Shown here: positions 1 to 9,697 of the stretch, piece by piece
How positions within the stretch are numbered: position 1 is the stretch's first letter
How the letters are laid out: each line of letters begins with the position of its first letter
Source: a virus
Taxonomy: Duplodnaviria; Caudoviricetes
Strand: one strand, 5' to 3'
IMG/VR virus record: IMGVR_UViG_3300037067_004891
Span: 320,001 to 384,000 of that record
Length of the DNA stretch: 64,000 nucleotides
Notes under the pieces: generated by a model
What the model saw: only the letters and a program-made list of their open reading frames with translations
Told to the model about the DNA's origin: nothing
The model's database searches: none
Made by a program: the position numbers and the translations under genes

Positions 1-1
1 A

Positions 2-643
2 AAGAAAAATTTAGCAGCATATTCAGCAGCCAGTAAAAAAGGGTGGATAGACGAAATATGTAAGCATATGTTTTTAATAAAAACCCCACATAAATTTTGG
101 AATTATGAAAGGTGTCAAGAAGCAGCATTAAAATGTAAATCAAGAAAAGAATTAGCTAAAAAATATAATGGTGCATATAGTTCGGCTTTAAAACATGGTT
201 GGTTAAATGAAATGTGCGTACATATGGAAACCACTGGTAATCGTTTTAATAGGTGTATTTATGTGTGGGAATTCGAAGATAAAACAACATATATTGGATT
301 AACGTTTAATCTAAAAGAACGGAGCTATAACCATACACAAGATATTAATAGTCCAGTGTTAAAATATAACCAAAAAACAAAATTAATACCTATTTGTAAA
401 CAATTAACTGAGTATATAAGTGTAGAAGAATCTCAAATTAAAGAAGATTTTTTCATTCAACAATATAAAAAATTAGGTTGGAATGTATTAAATAAAGTAA
501 AAGGTGGTTCAACTGGGCGTAAAGAAAAATATTGGACAAAAGATAGATGTAAGGGAGAATCATTAAAATTTAAATCTAAAAAAGAATTTCGAGAAAAAAG
601 TTGGGTAGCATATCAGAATATTTATAAAAACAAATGGGGTTAA
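2..643 (+). CDS. GIY-YIG homing endonuclease with repeated helical DNA-binding motifs (5' truncated by the window edge)
   Basis: CIYVWEF...YIGLT...R...E...LN GIY-YIG pattern; repeated W..E.C...A.K..S..E....AY..A.K.GW unit; the frame is open from nt 2 (KKNLAAYSAASKKGWIDEICKHM), so 68 is not the true start. Confidence 0.75.
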   Translation, partial: KKNLAAYSAASKKGWIDEICKHMFLIKTPHKFWNYERCQEAALKCKSRKELAKKYNGAYSSALKHGWLNEMCVHMETTGNRFNRCIYVWEFEDKTTYIGLTFNLKERSYNHTQDINSPVLKYNQKTKLIPICKQLTEYISVEESQIKEDFFIQQYKKLGWNVLNKVKGGSTGRKEKYWTKDRCKGESLKFKSKKEFREKSWVAYQNIYKNKWG

Positions 644-648
644 CCAAC

Positions 649-899
649 TGCTAACAAAAATATAATAAAATCTACAAATATTTAATAAAATTAAAACAAA
701 ACGTTTTAATTTTAATATAAATTTAATGTTAAAAGCGATAAAAATAAGGTTGTACCCTAATAAAAATCAAGAAGTTTATATTAATAAACTTCTTGGTTGT
801 TACCGAATCAGAAATGGTTTGCTAAAAAGTAGTGAGAGTGTGAAACAAGAAGAAATATTTTTAACAAATTTGTAATTTTTGTTAGATTTTTTTGAACGG
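649..899 (+). mobile_element. Internally deleted TnpB element (IS607-like MITE)
   Basis: ORF 726..875 begins MLKAIKIRLYPNKNQEVYINKLLGCYR (TnpB N-terminal HTH) and then jumps to sequence resembling a TnpB 3' end; right end GTTAGATTT...AACGG (881-899) matches that of the intact TnpB (2205-2223); CTAACAAAAAT occurs inverted at both ends; left boundary approximate. Confidence 0.65.
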
Positions 900-1075
900 T
901 AATAAAAACGTTAAAAAGAATTTTAGTAAAAGAATTGACTCATTTACTGAAGATATTAAAAAATATGAAAATTTGTTCGAAAAAACAAATAATCAAAGAT
1001 ATTTAAATATAGCTAATAATCTTAGAGCAAGAAGTGGAGAATTACAATTTATATCAAAAAATTATTTTTAATTAA

Positions 1076-2209
1076 ATGCAAATAATTAGGTCAACCAAAT
1101 GTAGTTTAAAATTTTCTACTAAAAAGAAAATGAATGATTTGTTAATAATTTTAGATGAATACTCTAAAGTTGTTAATATTTTCATAAACTATTTTTGGTT
1201 AAATCCTGATGTTGCGAACAAAACTAATTTATTAAAACCAATTGTAGATATACCAGAAACTTGGTTAAGTGCGAGATTAAGAAAAGTTGCAGCAAGAGAA
1301 GCAATTGATATGATTAATGCTGCTAAATTAAGATGGAAAGATAAAGCAGTAATTCCTGTTCATAAAGGAAATAGAATGTATGTTAGTTGTACTATTGCTG
1401 ATTTAGTACCTACTAAAAACACTAATTATAAAACTGAAGAAAGTAGATTATTCGATGCTTGGTTACATCTTGCTTCTATAGGAAATAAAATGATAATGGA
1501 TTTACCAATTAAATATCATAAACATTTTAATAAGTACAATAACATTGGTAAAAGATTAAACTCATACATAATAACTAAAAATTACGTTCAATTCACTTTT
1601 GAAATTAATACTCAACCTAAAAAAGAAGGTAAACATTGTATTGGAATAGATACTGGAATTAACGCACTTGCAAGTTTGAATAATGGTAATCAATATGGAT
1701 TAGATATTAAGGAATGTATTGAGAGAATAAAACGTTGTGTGCAAGGAAGTAAAGGACAACAAGTAGCGAGACATGCTCTAAAACAACGTATTGATGAAGT
1801 AGTAAAAGAATTAATGATAAAAGAGAATCCAGATTTAATAGTTGTGGAAAGACTAAAGAATATGGGAAAGAAAAGTAAAGCCAAACGTTTATTGGCTAAA
1901 AATATTAGACGTTCTATCGGAACATGGAACTGGAAGTATTGGTTAAAAAGGTTAGAAGAATACTGTGAATTAAATCGTATTTCATTCAGAAGTGTTTTAT
2001 CTTTCTATACCAGTACAACTTGTCCTGTATGTGGTCATTCTGATAAGGGAAATCGAAATGGAGAAATATTCTTATGTCTTAAATGTGAACACAAAGATAA
2101 TGCTGATGTAAATGCAGGAAAGAATATTTTAAATCGGTTTCTCACAGGACAATACGGTGTCTGTTACAAAGAGGAGAGTTTAAGAGAGGCTATTAGTAGT
2201 TTTTGTTAG
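1076..2209 (+). CDS. tnpB: RNA-guided endonuclease TnpB (Cas12f-like)
   Basis: RuvC-I IGIDTG, RuvC-II VVERL, Zn finger CPVC...CLKC, RuvC-III NADVNAGKNI; D-E-D triad intact; no tnpA or CRISPR array adjacent. Confidence 0.92.
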   Translation: MQIIRSTKCSLKFSTKKKMNDLLIILDEYSKVVNIFINYFWLNPDVANKTNLLKPIVDIPETWLSARLRKVAAREAIDMINAAKLRWKDKAVIPVHKGNRMYVSCTIADLVPTKNTNYKTEESRLFDAWLHLASIGNKMIMDLPIKYHKHFNKYNNIGKRLNSYIITKNYVQFTFEINTQPKKEGKHCIGIDTGINALASLNNGNQYGLDIKECIERIKRCVQGSKGQQVARHALKQRIDEVVKELMIKENPDLIVVERLKNMGKKSKAKRLLAKNIRRSIGTWNWKYWLKRLEEYCELNRISFRSVLSFYTSTTCPVCGHSDKGNRNGEIFLCLKCEHKDNADVNAGKNILNRFLTGQYGVCYKEESLREAISSFC

Positions 2210-2215
2210 ATTTAA

Positions 2216-2656
2216 ATTAACGGTGAGTATTTAAATAATGTAAAAAATTGCAGTGTGGTAGAATTTATATTTGAATCTAAATTTGATGATGTGTTAAAAC
2301 ACAAGCCACAGATAGTATATCATGTAACAGAAAGAAGAAATATAGAAAAAATAATGAAAGTTGGGATAGTGCCTAAATATAAATATAAAAAAACATTTCA
2401 TTTAGAACGTATTTATATCACTTTACATTTGGATTCGGCTATAAAAATAAAAAATATGTTTATATATGATAAAGTAAGAAATAATAAATCATCAATTGGG
2501 TATGATGATATAAAAGATGATTATGTTATTTTAGAAATAGATATTACAGATAAATTTTATAAAGACATGAAAATCTATAAAGACCCAAATATGAAAGGTG
2601 GTTATTATGTTTATAATAATATACGACCACAAGATATCAAAATAATAGATGGTTAA
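2216..2656 (+). CDS. ADP-ribosyltransferase-fold protein (Tpt1/DarT-like), probably 5'-truncated by the TnpB element
   Basis: YHVT...I...GI.P, RIYIT, YVILEID, DPN...GYY...NI.P motifs; frame is open from 2216 across the element right end; only a GTG start at 2255. Confidence 0.55.
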   Translation: MNGEYLNNVKNCSVVEFIFESKFDDVLKHKPQIVYHVTERRNIEKIMKVGIVPKYKYKKTFHLERIYITLHLDSAIKIKNMFIYDKVRNNKSSIGYDDIKDDYVILEIDITDKFYKDMKIYKDPNMKGGYYVYNNIRPQDIKIIDG

Positions 2657-2706
2657 AAATTTTAATATATAACAAAAGATATTCTCTAAAAATAAAATAT
2701 TTTAAA

Positions 2707-5700
2707 TTGATAAACAAAAGTTTCCAGTTATTAAAAACCAACCCATTATTAACATCTAATTTCAGAGTGGTTGTTTCATCGGATTATAAAATTTATCTCG
2801 AATCGATAAATTCGAACAGGGAATTAAATTCGACAAAGTATAAACATTTTGGTTTATCTAAAAATTCATTAATTGAAGATAAAATAAACGAATTTTACGA
2901 TGGATTATCTCCTAATTTAGCATTTGAAGTAAAATTTGATAATGATGAAGATATCATGTATAATGATTTTGGTAATCAATATGATGATATTTATTCTGCT
3001 GGTGCAAAAAATGTAGAGGATCAGTGGTACAAAGAAGAATTTGAATATTTTGCTCCGTTGTTTATAAGAAAGGAAGATTTACCAAACAATTTTATCATAT
3101 TAAGAGTAGACGATCCTGCTGTATATAAAATAGAAGTTGATAAATATAGAATTCAGGGGTTAACACAAGATAATTTCAGAAGTGAAATAATAGATAAATG
3201 GAAATGTGTATCTGTTTTTGATTTACAAAGAACATCTGATCTGGGTGTGTTTTTAGCAAACAATATAACTGAAAATTCGAGATTTCCAATAAAATCATTT
3301 GAATTGGATATAAAAAAATATAATTTTTCAAGATGGTTTGGATATGATTATGATACTGGTATTTTTACCGAAAAATCATTAATACTTGATGATAAATTAT
3401 ATTATGAAACACCTGATTTCAAACTGGAAAAATTTATTACTGAGGGGTTTAAAAATAATAAATTAATTTATCCACATATTTTAAATCTAAAATTTTTATT
3501 TGATGACACACCAGCCACACCAGATGTTATAAGGAAATGGTCTATGAATAGATATTATGGTTTTTATATTGAGGATATGGAAAGAGTGAATAAATTGACA
3601 TCTTATATAACACCTGATGTCAGAGTTGATGTTAAATTAATAAACAATATTTTTGTTAAAATCAATACAATTGAAAGTGTAAATCCATTTATTATTAATT
3701 GGGATGACAATGTTGCATATTTTCTGTATGTAGAAAACGATTTGCATCGATTAAAAAGAATAATAGAAAACAACAAGTACATTTACAAAGTTATAAGTGA
3801 AAAAAAGTTAGATGATATTTTTGATTCATCTCAAATTAATGTAAATACAATAACAATAACATATAATAATGTTGATAGTAGAAGTTATATTCAAAATTTA
3901 TCAGGTGATTTATTGTTAAATTCTTATACGGATGGAGATGGTCGAGTTAATAGTATGGATGGAGATTTATTTTTGATTGATATTAATGGTAAATACCATG
4001 TGTTAAAAAACAATCAAGTATTAGTAGGAAATGTATATAATAATAATTATTATATACAGACCGATTATGCTATAAATTCGACTGACACTTATTTAGAATA
4101 TTGGATAGGTGAGAAAAATAGCGAGTATTACACAAAAATGAACATATTAAATTCTAACGTAGATATTCTTCCTTTGATGTATCAAGTTTATAGAATTCGG
4201 TTTTCTGATGTGAAAGATTTTGATTTTGATAGGGTTCACACTAATTTTTCAGATTTTGATTATGAAAAATCATATTATTATAAAACAAATGAAGTTAAGT
4301 TAAATGCTACTGAGTATAGAGATATAGATGATCCTAAAAATTACAAATTACATGAAAGTGGAGAAGATGGACAATTTGAAATAAAAAATATATCTTCTGA
4401 ATATATCGCAAATGATGAGTTATTTGAAATTTCATCAAATCACAAAAACATTAGTGATATATGGAGAAAAAATCAATCTGTATGTAAATGGGGATATGAG
4501 GGTTCAAACAGTCATTGTGATTATCCATATAAATTAAATAATTCTCTTAGAACTGGTTCTATATTTAACAAAGTTGTTAATCCGTTTAAATATGAAAGTG
4601 ATGATATACAGAAAACGCATGATTATTTTTATCGTATTGGTCATTTTCATAATACAAATGATGCATATCCCAGTGCAACAATACCTGTTTATTATTATAA
4701 ACAAACGACTAATATCACGACTGATTTATTAGATCAAACATTGAGTAACAAATTTAATCTTAATTTGTATATAAAATCCGATATGGATTATTTCACTTAT
4801 TTTTTTAAAAACAGTGAAATTTATTATGATTTTGGTTTACCAAAAGAAAGAAAATATGAAAAATATTCTATTTTTAATAGTGGTGATGATTATCAGAATT
4901 CAAGCACATTATTTAAAGGTTTAAAGGTTAATATTTATGGTGTAAATAATTTCATACTTGGGAGTGATAATAAAATAGAGCAAATTTTAGTTGATGAAAC
5001 TAAAAAATTTAATGGATACAAATTTTCTATTTTATTATCAGAATATTATATGCGATATATGTCAGACGGTACTCTTGTTGATGTCGAATCCGCTGGATTA
5101 CAAAATAACACATTAATAGATACAACAAAAAATGGTATTCATGTAATTTTAAATGAAAAATACAAAAATATATTAATTATAATAAATTTGGTTGTTCCAA
5201 TACTTGATACTGTTCGAGATTTCAACAATTTGGCTTATTTATTAAACGAAAAATATGGTTTATATTATGCTAAAACAAGTGGTGGAACAACAATTGATAA
5301 TTTTTTGGGTGTTAGTTCTTTGAATCGATATAAACCGACACTTATAACAGCCAATAATTTTAGTTCTTCATTAAATAATATGAATGATAAATATAGTTTT
5401 GATAATTATATTAATTTTTATTATGTAAACAGTGATGGTATATCGGGTAGAACTATGATTACTGAATATAATACATCAACATTGAGTGGTGTTACGGGTT
5501 GGAGCAAAAAAGTACCACCGTTTACTTTAAAAATTGAATTTCCAACTGAATTAGTATTAAAGAAAGATTCATATAAATATATTGGAATTATCGGCCCTGA
5601 TCACAATATTTATAATAGTTATTCAAGTGACCCAGCAAAATCTGTTAAAAGAAGCAATGAAATTGATGATTATTTAGCAAGAAATATACTAATAAACGAA

Positions 5701-6081
5701 AAAGAAGTAAAACTAAGATCGCAAGTTCATCAGGAAGAATTAATTTACAATTATTCTATTTATAGATATAGTGGTTCATATGAACCGATATTTAAAACTG
5801 TTGAATTATTTAATAATTATGCGATAGTATCTGGTGAAACATATTACAGACCATGTGGTTATCGTTTTGATGATACACATACTCGTTTTGGTATGATAGA
5901 CGAAATTATATATTCTAAGGTAAATCGAAAAGGAAATATTCTCATGTTGAGAAATGCAGAAAATGATAAATCGATTTATCCTATGGTTGATGAATTTGGT
6001 TATCAATATCGTGATTTTTTTATTTTTAAATCTGGTTGGGATGATAATTTATTCATAGAGACCGATTATCCAATAATATAA
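2707..6081 (+). CDS. Large hypothetical protein, likely virion structural
   Basis: 1124-aa N/Y/D-rich ORF preceded by TAATATATA at 2663. Confidence 0.5.
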   Translation: MINKSFQLLKTNPLLTSNFRVVVSSDYKIYLESINSNRELNSTKYKHFGLSKNSLIEDKINEFYDGLSPNLAFEVKFDNDEDIMYNDFGNQYDDIYSAGAKNVEDQWYKEEFEYFAPLFIRKEDLPNNFIILRVDDPAVYKIEVDKYRIQGLTQDNFRSEIIDKWKCVSVFDLQRTSDLGVFLANNITENSRFPIKSFELDIKKYNFSRWFGYDYDTGIFTEKSLILDDKLYYETPDFKLEKFITEGFKNNKLIYPHILNLKFLFDDTPATPDVIRKWSMNRYYGFYIEDMERVNKLTSYITPDVRVDVKLINNIFVKINTIESVNPFIINWDDNVAYFLYVENDLHRLKRIIENNKYIYKVISEKKLDDIFDSSQINVNTITITYNNVDSRSYIQNLSGDLLLNSYTDGDGRVNSMDGDLFLIDINGKYHVLKNNQVLVGNVYNNNYYIQTDYAINSTDTYLEYWIGEKNSEYYTKMNILNSNVDILPLMYQVYRIRFSDVKDFDFDRVHTNFSDFDYEKSYYYKTNEVKLNATEYRDIDDPKNYKLHESGEDGQFEIKNISSEYIANDELFEISSNHKNISDIWRKNQSVCKWGYEGSNSHCDYPYKLNNSLRTGSIFNKVVNPFKYESDDIQKTHDYFYRIGHFHNTNDAYPSATIPVYYYKQTTNITTDLLDQTLSNKFNLNLYIKSDMDYFTYFFKNSEIYYDFGLPKERKYEKYSIFNSGDDYQNSSTLFKGLKVNIYGVNNFILGSDNKIEQILVDETKKFNGYKFSILLSEYYMRYMSDGTLVDVESAGLQNNTLIDTTKNGIHVILNEKYKNILIIINLVVPILDTVRDFNNLAYLLNEKYGLYYAKTSGGTTIDNFLGVSSLNRYKPTLITANNFSSSLNNMNDKYSFDNYINFYYVNSDGISGRTMITEYNTSTLSGVTGWSKKVPPFTLKIEFPTELVLKKDSYKYIGIIGPDHNIYNSYSSDPAKSVKRSNEIDDYLARNILINEKEVKLRSQVHQEELIYNYSIYRYSGSYEPIFKTVELFNNYAIVSGETYYRPCGYRFDDTHTRFGMIDEIIYSKVNRKGNILMLRNAENDKSIYPMVDEFGYQYRDFFIFKSGWDDNLFIETDYPII

Positions 6082-6090
6082 TGATTAATT

Positions 6091-6816
6091 ATGAAAAGTG
6101 ATTTGATGTTAAAAAAATATAGTACTACTTATGTATCTGGCACAGTCAGTGAAAAAGAGTTCAGACGTATATTTGGTAGTAAAATGTTAGAAATAGAAGA
6201 TATTATTACGATAGACGACAAATCTATTCAGTTTTCTGATGTTATATCAGATGATAATAATAATGGTTTTCAAGATTTTGTATATAATTCAATGGAAGAA
6301 ATACGAAATATTAATTTATACAATTTAAAATATGATAATTCTTCCATAGAACAACAATCACAAACTGAATTAGATAAAGTAAATAATACAAAGTGGTTAT
6401 TAAACATAAATGCAAAGAAAATATTACAAGATTATTTGTTTTATAAAATAAAAGAAAATCGCACATTCAAATGTATTTATTATGAAGATTTGTATGGATA
6501 TGATGTGAACACTTTTATCAGAAAATATATTGATGAAAATGTTTTGAACCGATATCAATTTGATAGTATAAAATTATATGTAAAATATATAAATTTATTA
6601 ATAGAAAGTGATATTTATTCTTCTATAAAATTGAAATATGATCCAACATTTAATAGAACAATTAATATAAATGATTTTGTTATAAAAAATGTTAATATTG
6701 GGGAGATAAACAATATATTATATTTGGATAACTTAGAAGTATATTACAATCAAACTAAAAAATCTACTGAGTATAAATTTGATTATTATTTTGATTTAAT
6801 ATTCACAAAAATATAA
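6091..6816 (+). CDS. Hypothetical protein
   Basis: 241-aa ORF in the same operon. Confidence 0.6.
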   Translation: MKSDLMLKKYSTTYVSGTVSEKEFRRIFGSKMLEIEDIITIDDKSIQFSDVISDDNNNGFQDFVYNSMEEIRNINLYNLKYDNSSIEQQSQTELDKVNNTKWLLNINAKKILQDYLFYKIKENRTFKCIYYEDLYGYDVNTFIRKYIDENVLNRYQFDSIKLYVKYINLLIESDIYSSIKLKYDPTFNRTININDFVIKNVNIGEINNILYLDNLEVYYNQTKKSTEYKFDYYFDLIFTKI

Positions 6817-6831
6817 ACAATAATTGTTTAT

Positions 6832-7341
6832 ATGAATATAATTAAAAAACATTTTATTATGACAGATAAAAGTGGCGTATTTAAGGAACAAGACATAAAA
6901 GTTTTTGAAGATAATTTAATAAAACTTAGTGATAAGTGTGAAAAAGAAGATAAACTTTGGAATTTGAAAATATCTAATTTATCACATCGATTTAAGACAA
7001 AAGATGGTGTAGAAATGGTTGATTTTATGGGTGATGTTTTAAATGAAAAACAAATGGTTTTAGAAGATATTAGGCAAACTGCTGATAATTTGAGTAAATG
7101 TTTGAAGAAAAAAAGAGAATTGGGTGAACAAATATCACAAATTTATTCTAATAACAATCAATTAAAAATGACTGATACGAGATTAAATAAAAAGGTAGAA
7201 GCGGAACTCAGTGTACATATTCGTCAAATAAACATTTATGAAATTCATATTGAACATTTAAAAGAAACAGCAAAAAACATTGAACAAATAAATTATCACA
7301 TAAAGAACCGTATTGATTTAATGGGTATTTTAAAAATATAA
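6832..7341 (+). CDS. uvsY: UvsY-like recombination mediator
   Basis: All-helical 169-aa protein with C-terminal HLKETAKNIEQINYHIKNRID resembling UvsY; adjacent to uvsW as in T4-like phages. Confidence 0.5.
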   Translation: MNIIKKHFIMTDKSGVFKEQDIKVFEDNLIKLSDKCEKEDKLWNLKISNLSHRFKTKDGVEMVDFMGDVLNEKQMVLEDIRQTADNLSKCLKKKRELGEQISQIYSNNNQLKMTDTRLNKKVEAELSVHIRQINIYEIHIEHLKETAKNIEQINYHIKNRIDLMGILKI

Positions 7342-7347
7342 AATTAT

Positions 7348-7545
7348 ATGGATGATAAAGATATAAGTGAACTTTTAACATTAATGCTTGGTAGAAACAC
7401 TTTTGATAATTCTATTTCGAGTTTTGAAACTGCTAAATCTTTAGTTTAGTTTAGTGGTAGTTCATTTGTTAATTTAAAACACATCTTACCACAGCATTTA
7501 TTTGAACAAAAAATTTTAAAATTCAAAGATTTCTTCCAATTATAA
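7348..7545 (+). pseudogene. Small ORF (53 aa when restored) interrupted by a 36-nt IS200/IS605 hairpin insertion
   Basis: Removing 7429..7464 rejoins MDDKDISELL...SSFE to FVNLKHILPQ...FFQL* in frame. Confidence 0.55.
7429..7464 (+). mobile_element. Minimal IS200/IS605-type hairpin element
   Basis: ACTGCTAAATCTTTAGTTTAGTTTAGTGGTAGTTCA directly after TTGAA; matches the right ends at 20078, 20523, 23388 and 41507. Confidence 0.65.
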
Positions 7546-7599
7546 ACTTTACCACCATTTTTGAATATATATAATATATTCAAAAAATAAATATGATGG

Positions 7600-8763
7600 A
7601 TGAAGTTTAAATTCAATGCAGATAAATCCAAAATAATTCTCACTGAAGCCACTCAGATAGAAATTCACCAATTAAAAATATGGTTTATTAGATATGCCAA
7701 AGATTATAGGTTTATGACAAAATTTAAACTTGGTGTTTGGGATGGTAAAATTGACAATTATACAGATGGATATTTTCGTTTTGGTTTATGGCATGAAATT
7801 GTAAAAGTTTGTAAACAATATGATTTTAAATTAAAATTTCCTGATAAAAACGATTTTCCTTTCGATAATGATATCACTTATGAAAATGTAGATAAATTCG
7901 CCAAGGAATATTTTGATGGATATAAACAGACAGATGGTACAAATTTTTTGCCTTATGACCATCAAGTGGATTCTGTTTATAGAATGTTAAAATATAAATT
8001 CGGTTGTATTGAAGTTGCTACTGCTGGTGGTAAATCTTTAATATTGGGATTATTTTTGTTTTATTATCTTAAATATATTAATCCAGATGCTAAATTATTA
8101 TTAATAGTTCCAAGTATTTCTTTGGTACAACAATTTAATGATGACTTGGTAGATTATAATTTAGGATATAATAAGGAACAGAAAAAACCTTTTGATTTAA
8201 GGGTTCAAGAATATATGTCAGATAAACCAAGGAAAGTTAGAGAGGGTGAAGAACCAAATGTGTGTATCGGTACATATCAATCTCTTGAAAAATACCCTGA
8301 ACAGTGGTTTAGTCAGTTTGATATAGTAGTATGTGATGAATGTCTACACCCAGATACTTTAATAAAAATGGGTTATGGTAAAAATAAAAAAATAAAAGAT
8401 ATTAATATAGGTGATTTAGTATACACTTTAAATGAAAAAACAAATGTTTATGAAATTAAAGAAGTTGAATATGTTTATAAAAATTTAACTAAAAATGTCG
8501 ATGTTTATGAAATAGAAATGGATAATGGTGAAAAAATTATATTAACTGGTAATCATAAAATATACTTAAAATGTGGTGTTTGGAAAAGAGTGGACGAATT
8601 AAATAATGGAGATGATATAGTTTACTATAATTTATATGAAAATGAAAAAAATAGATGTTGTCCTGTATGCAAATCTAATTATATTTTTGAATTAAAAAAA
8701 CAGAAAGGTCGAAACATACATTATAGATGTTGCAATTGTAAGCATAAATTTAAAACAATTTGA
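7600..8763 (+). CDS. uvsW: UvsW-like SF2 helicase N-extein fused to a split intein N-fragment and a C-terminal Zn ribbon
   Basis: WDGKI, Walker A ATAGGKS, LLIVPS, VVCDE, then intein block A CLHPDT at 8341, block B LTGNH, tail CPVC...CCNC. Confidence 0.9.
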   Translation: MKFKFNADKSKIILTEATQIEIHQLKIWFIRYAKDYRFMTKFKLGVWDGKIDNYTDGYFRFGLWHEIVKVCKQYDFKLKFPDKNDFPFDNDITYENVDKFAKEYFDGYKQTDGTNFLPYDHQVDSVYRMLKYKFGCIEVATAGGKSLILGLFLFYYLKYINPDAKLLLIVPSISLVQQFNDDLVDYNLGYNKEQKKPFDLRVQEYMSDKPRKVREGEEPNVCIGTYQSLEKYPEQWFSQFDIVVCDECLHPDTLIKMGYGKNKKIKDINIGDLVYTLNEKTNVYEIKEVEYVYKNLTKNVDVYEIEMDNGEKIILTGNHKIYLKCGVWKRVDELNNGDDIVYYNLYENEKNRCCPVCKSNYIFELKKQKGRNIHYRCCNCKHKFKTI

Positions 8764-9696
8764 ATGAAAATAAAAACAATTAAGAAAATAGAATATGATG
8801 GTGATGTTTTTAATTTAAGAATAAAATCACCAGAAGATACGAATCATAATTATTTTGCTAATAATATTTGCGTTTCTAATTGTCATATGGCAAAAGCACC
8901 CACATTGGATAGTATATTATCAAGAACATTTGGTTCAGCTAAAAGTAGATTAGGTATGAGTGGTACATATCCAGATGAGGATAGTGCAGATTTTATGTCT
9001 ATTACATCATTACTTGGACCGAGCTTATTAACCATTGGTGCAAGAAAATTAATGGAGCAAAAAATCATATCAGAGGTTAAAATAAAAGCTATGATTATTA
9101 ATCATAATGACCCAACATTTGCCGATAATCTGTCTGTGATAAAACGTGCTGGTGATGGTAAGAGAGCATATCTTTTAGAGAAAGAATATGTTCAGAAATC
9201 ACATAAAAGAAAAGAATTTATAAAAAAACTTATTGGAAAATTTAATCAAAATTCATTATTGCTGTTTCATACAATAGAATATGGTAAAGAAGTGTTTGAG
9301 TATATGAGTAATAATGTAACGAATAAAAATTTTTATTATATAGATGGTACAACCCCAGCAGATAAACGCAATGTTATCAAGAAAAACATGGAGATTACTA
9401 CTGGTAAACCACAGATATTAATTGCATCGTTCGGGACACTCTCGATTGGGGTTAATATCAAAGCTATTTGTAACATCGTTTTCTTAGATAGTTTCAAAAG
9501 CGACAAAATGATTAGACAATCGATAGGTAGAGGTTTAAGATTGCACATTTTAAAACAAAAACTTATTGTTTTTGATATAGTCGATATGTTTTCAAAGTCA
9601 TATAAAAATACATTGTATAAACATTATGAAGCCAGACGGGAAACTATTTATAAAAAACAGGATTTTCCTTTTGATGAATTAAAAATAATTTTATAA
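8764..9696 (+). CDS. uvsW: Split intein C-fragment fused to the UvsW helicase C-extein
   Basis: MKIKTIKK...VFNL...HNYFANNICVSN (8764-8880), then C+1 HMAKA, GMSGT (motif III), GVNIK (motif V), QSIGRGLR (motif VI). Confidence 0.9.
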   Translation: MKIKTIKKIEYDGDVFNLRIKSPEDTNHNYFANNICVSNCHMAKAPTLDSILSRTFGSAKSRLGMSGTYPDEDSADFMSITSLLGPSLLTIGARKLMEQKIISEVKIKAMIINHNDPTFADNLSVIKRAGDGKRAYLLEKEYVQKSHKRKEFIKKLIGKFNQNSLLLFHTIEYGKEVFEYMSNNVTNKNFYYIDGTTPADKRNVIKKNMEITTGKPQILIASFGTLSIGVNIKAICNIVFLDSFKSDKMIRQSIGRGLRLHILKQKLIVFDIVDMFSKSYKNTLYKHYEARRETIYKKQDFPFDELKIIL

Positions 9697-9697
9697 T

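Noticed and set aside
8761-8763. TGA recoding or an alternative genetic code joining the two UvsW ORFs
   Set aside because: TGA and TAG end other genes cleanly (several ATGA overlaps), ORFs are long in code 11, and MKIKTIKK is a typical IntC start; a sequencing error is not fully excluded
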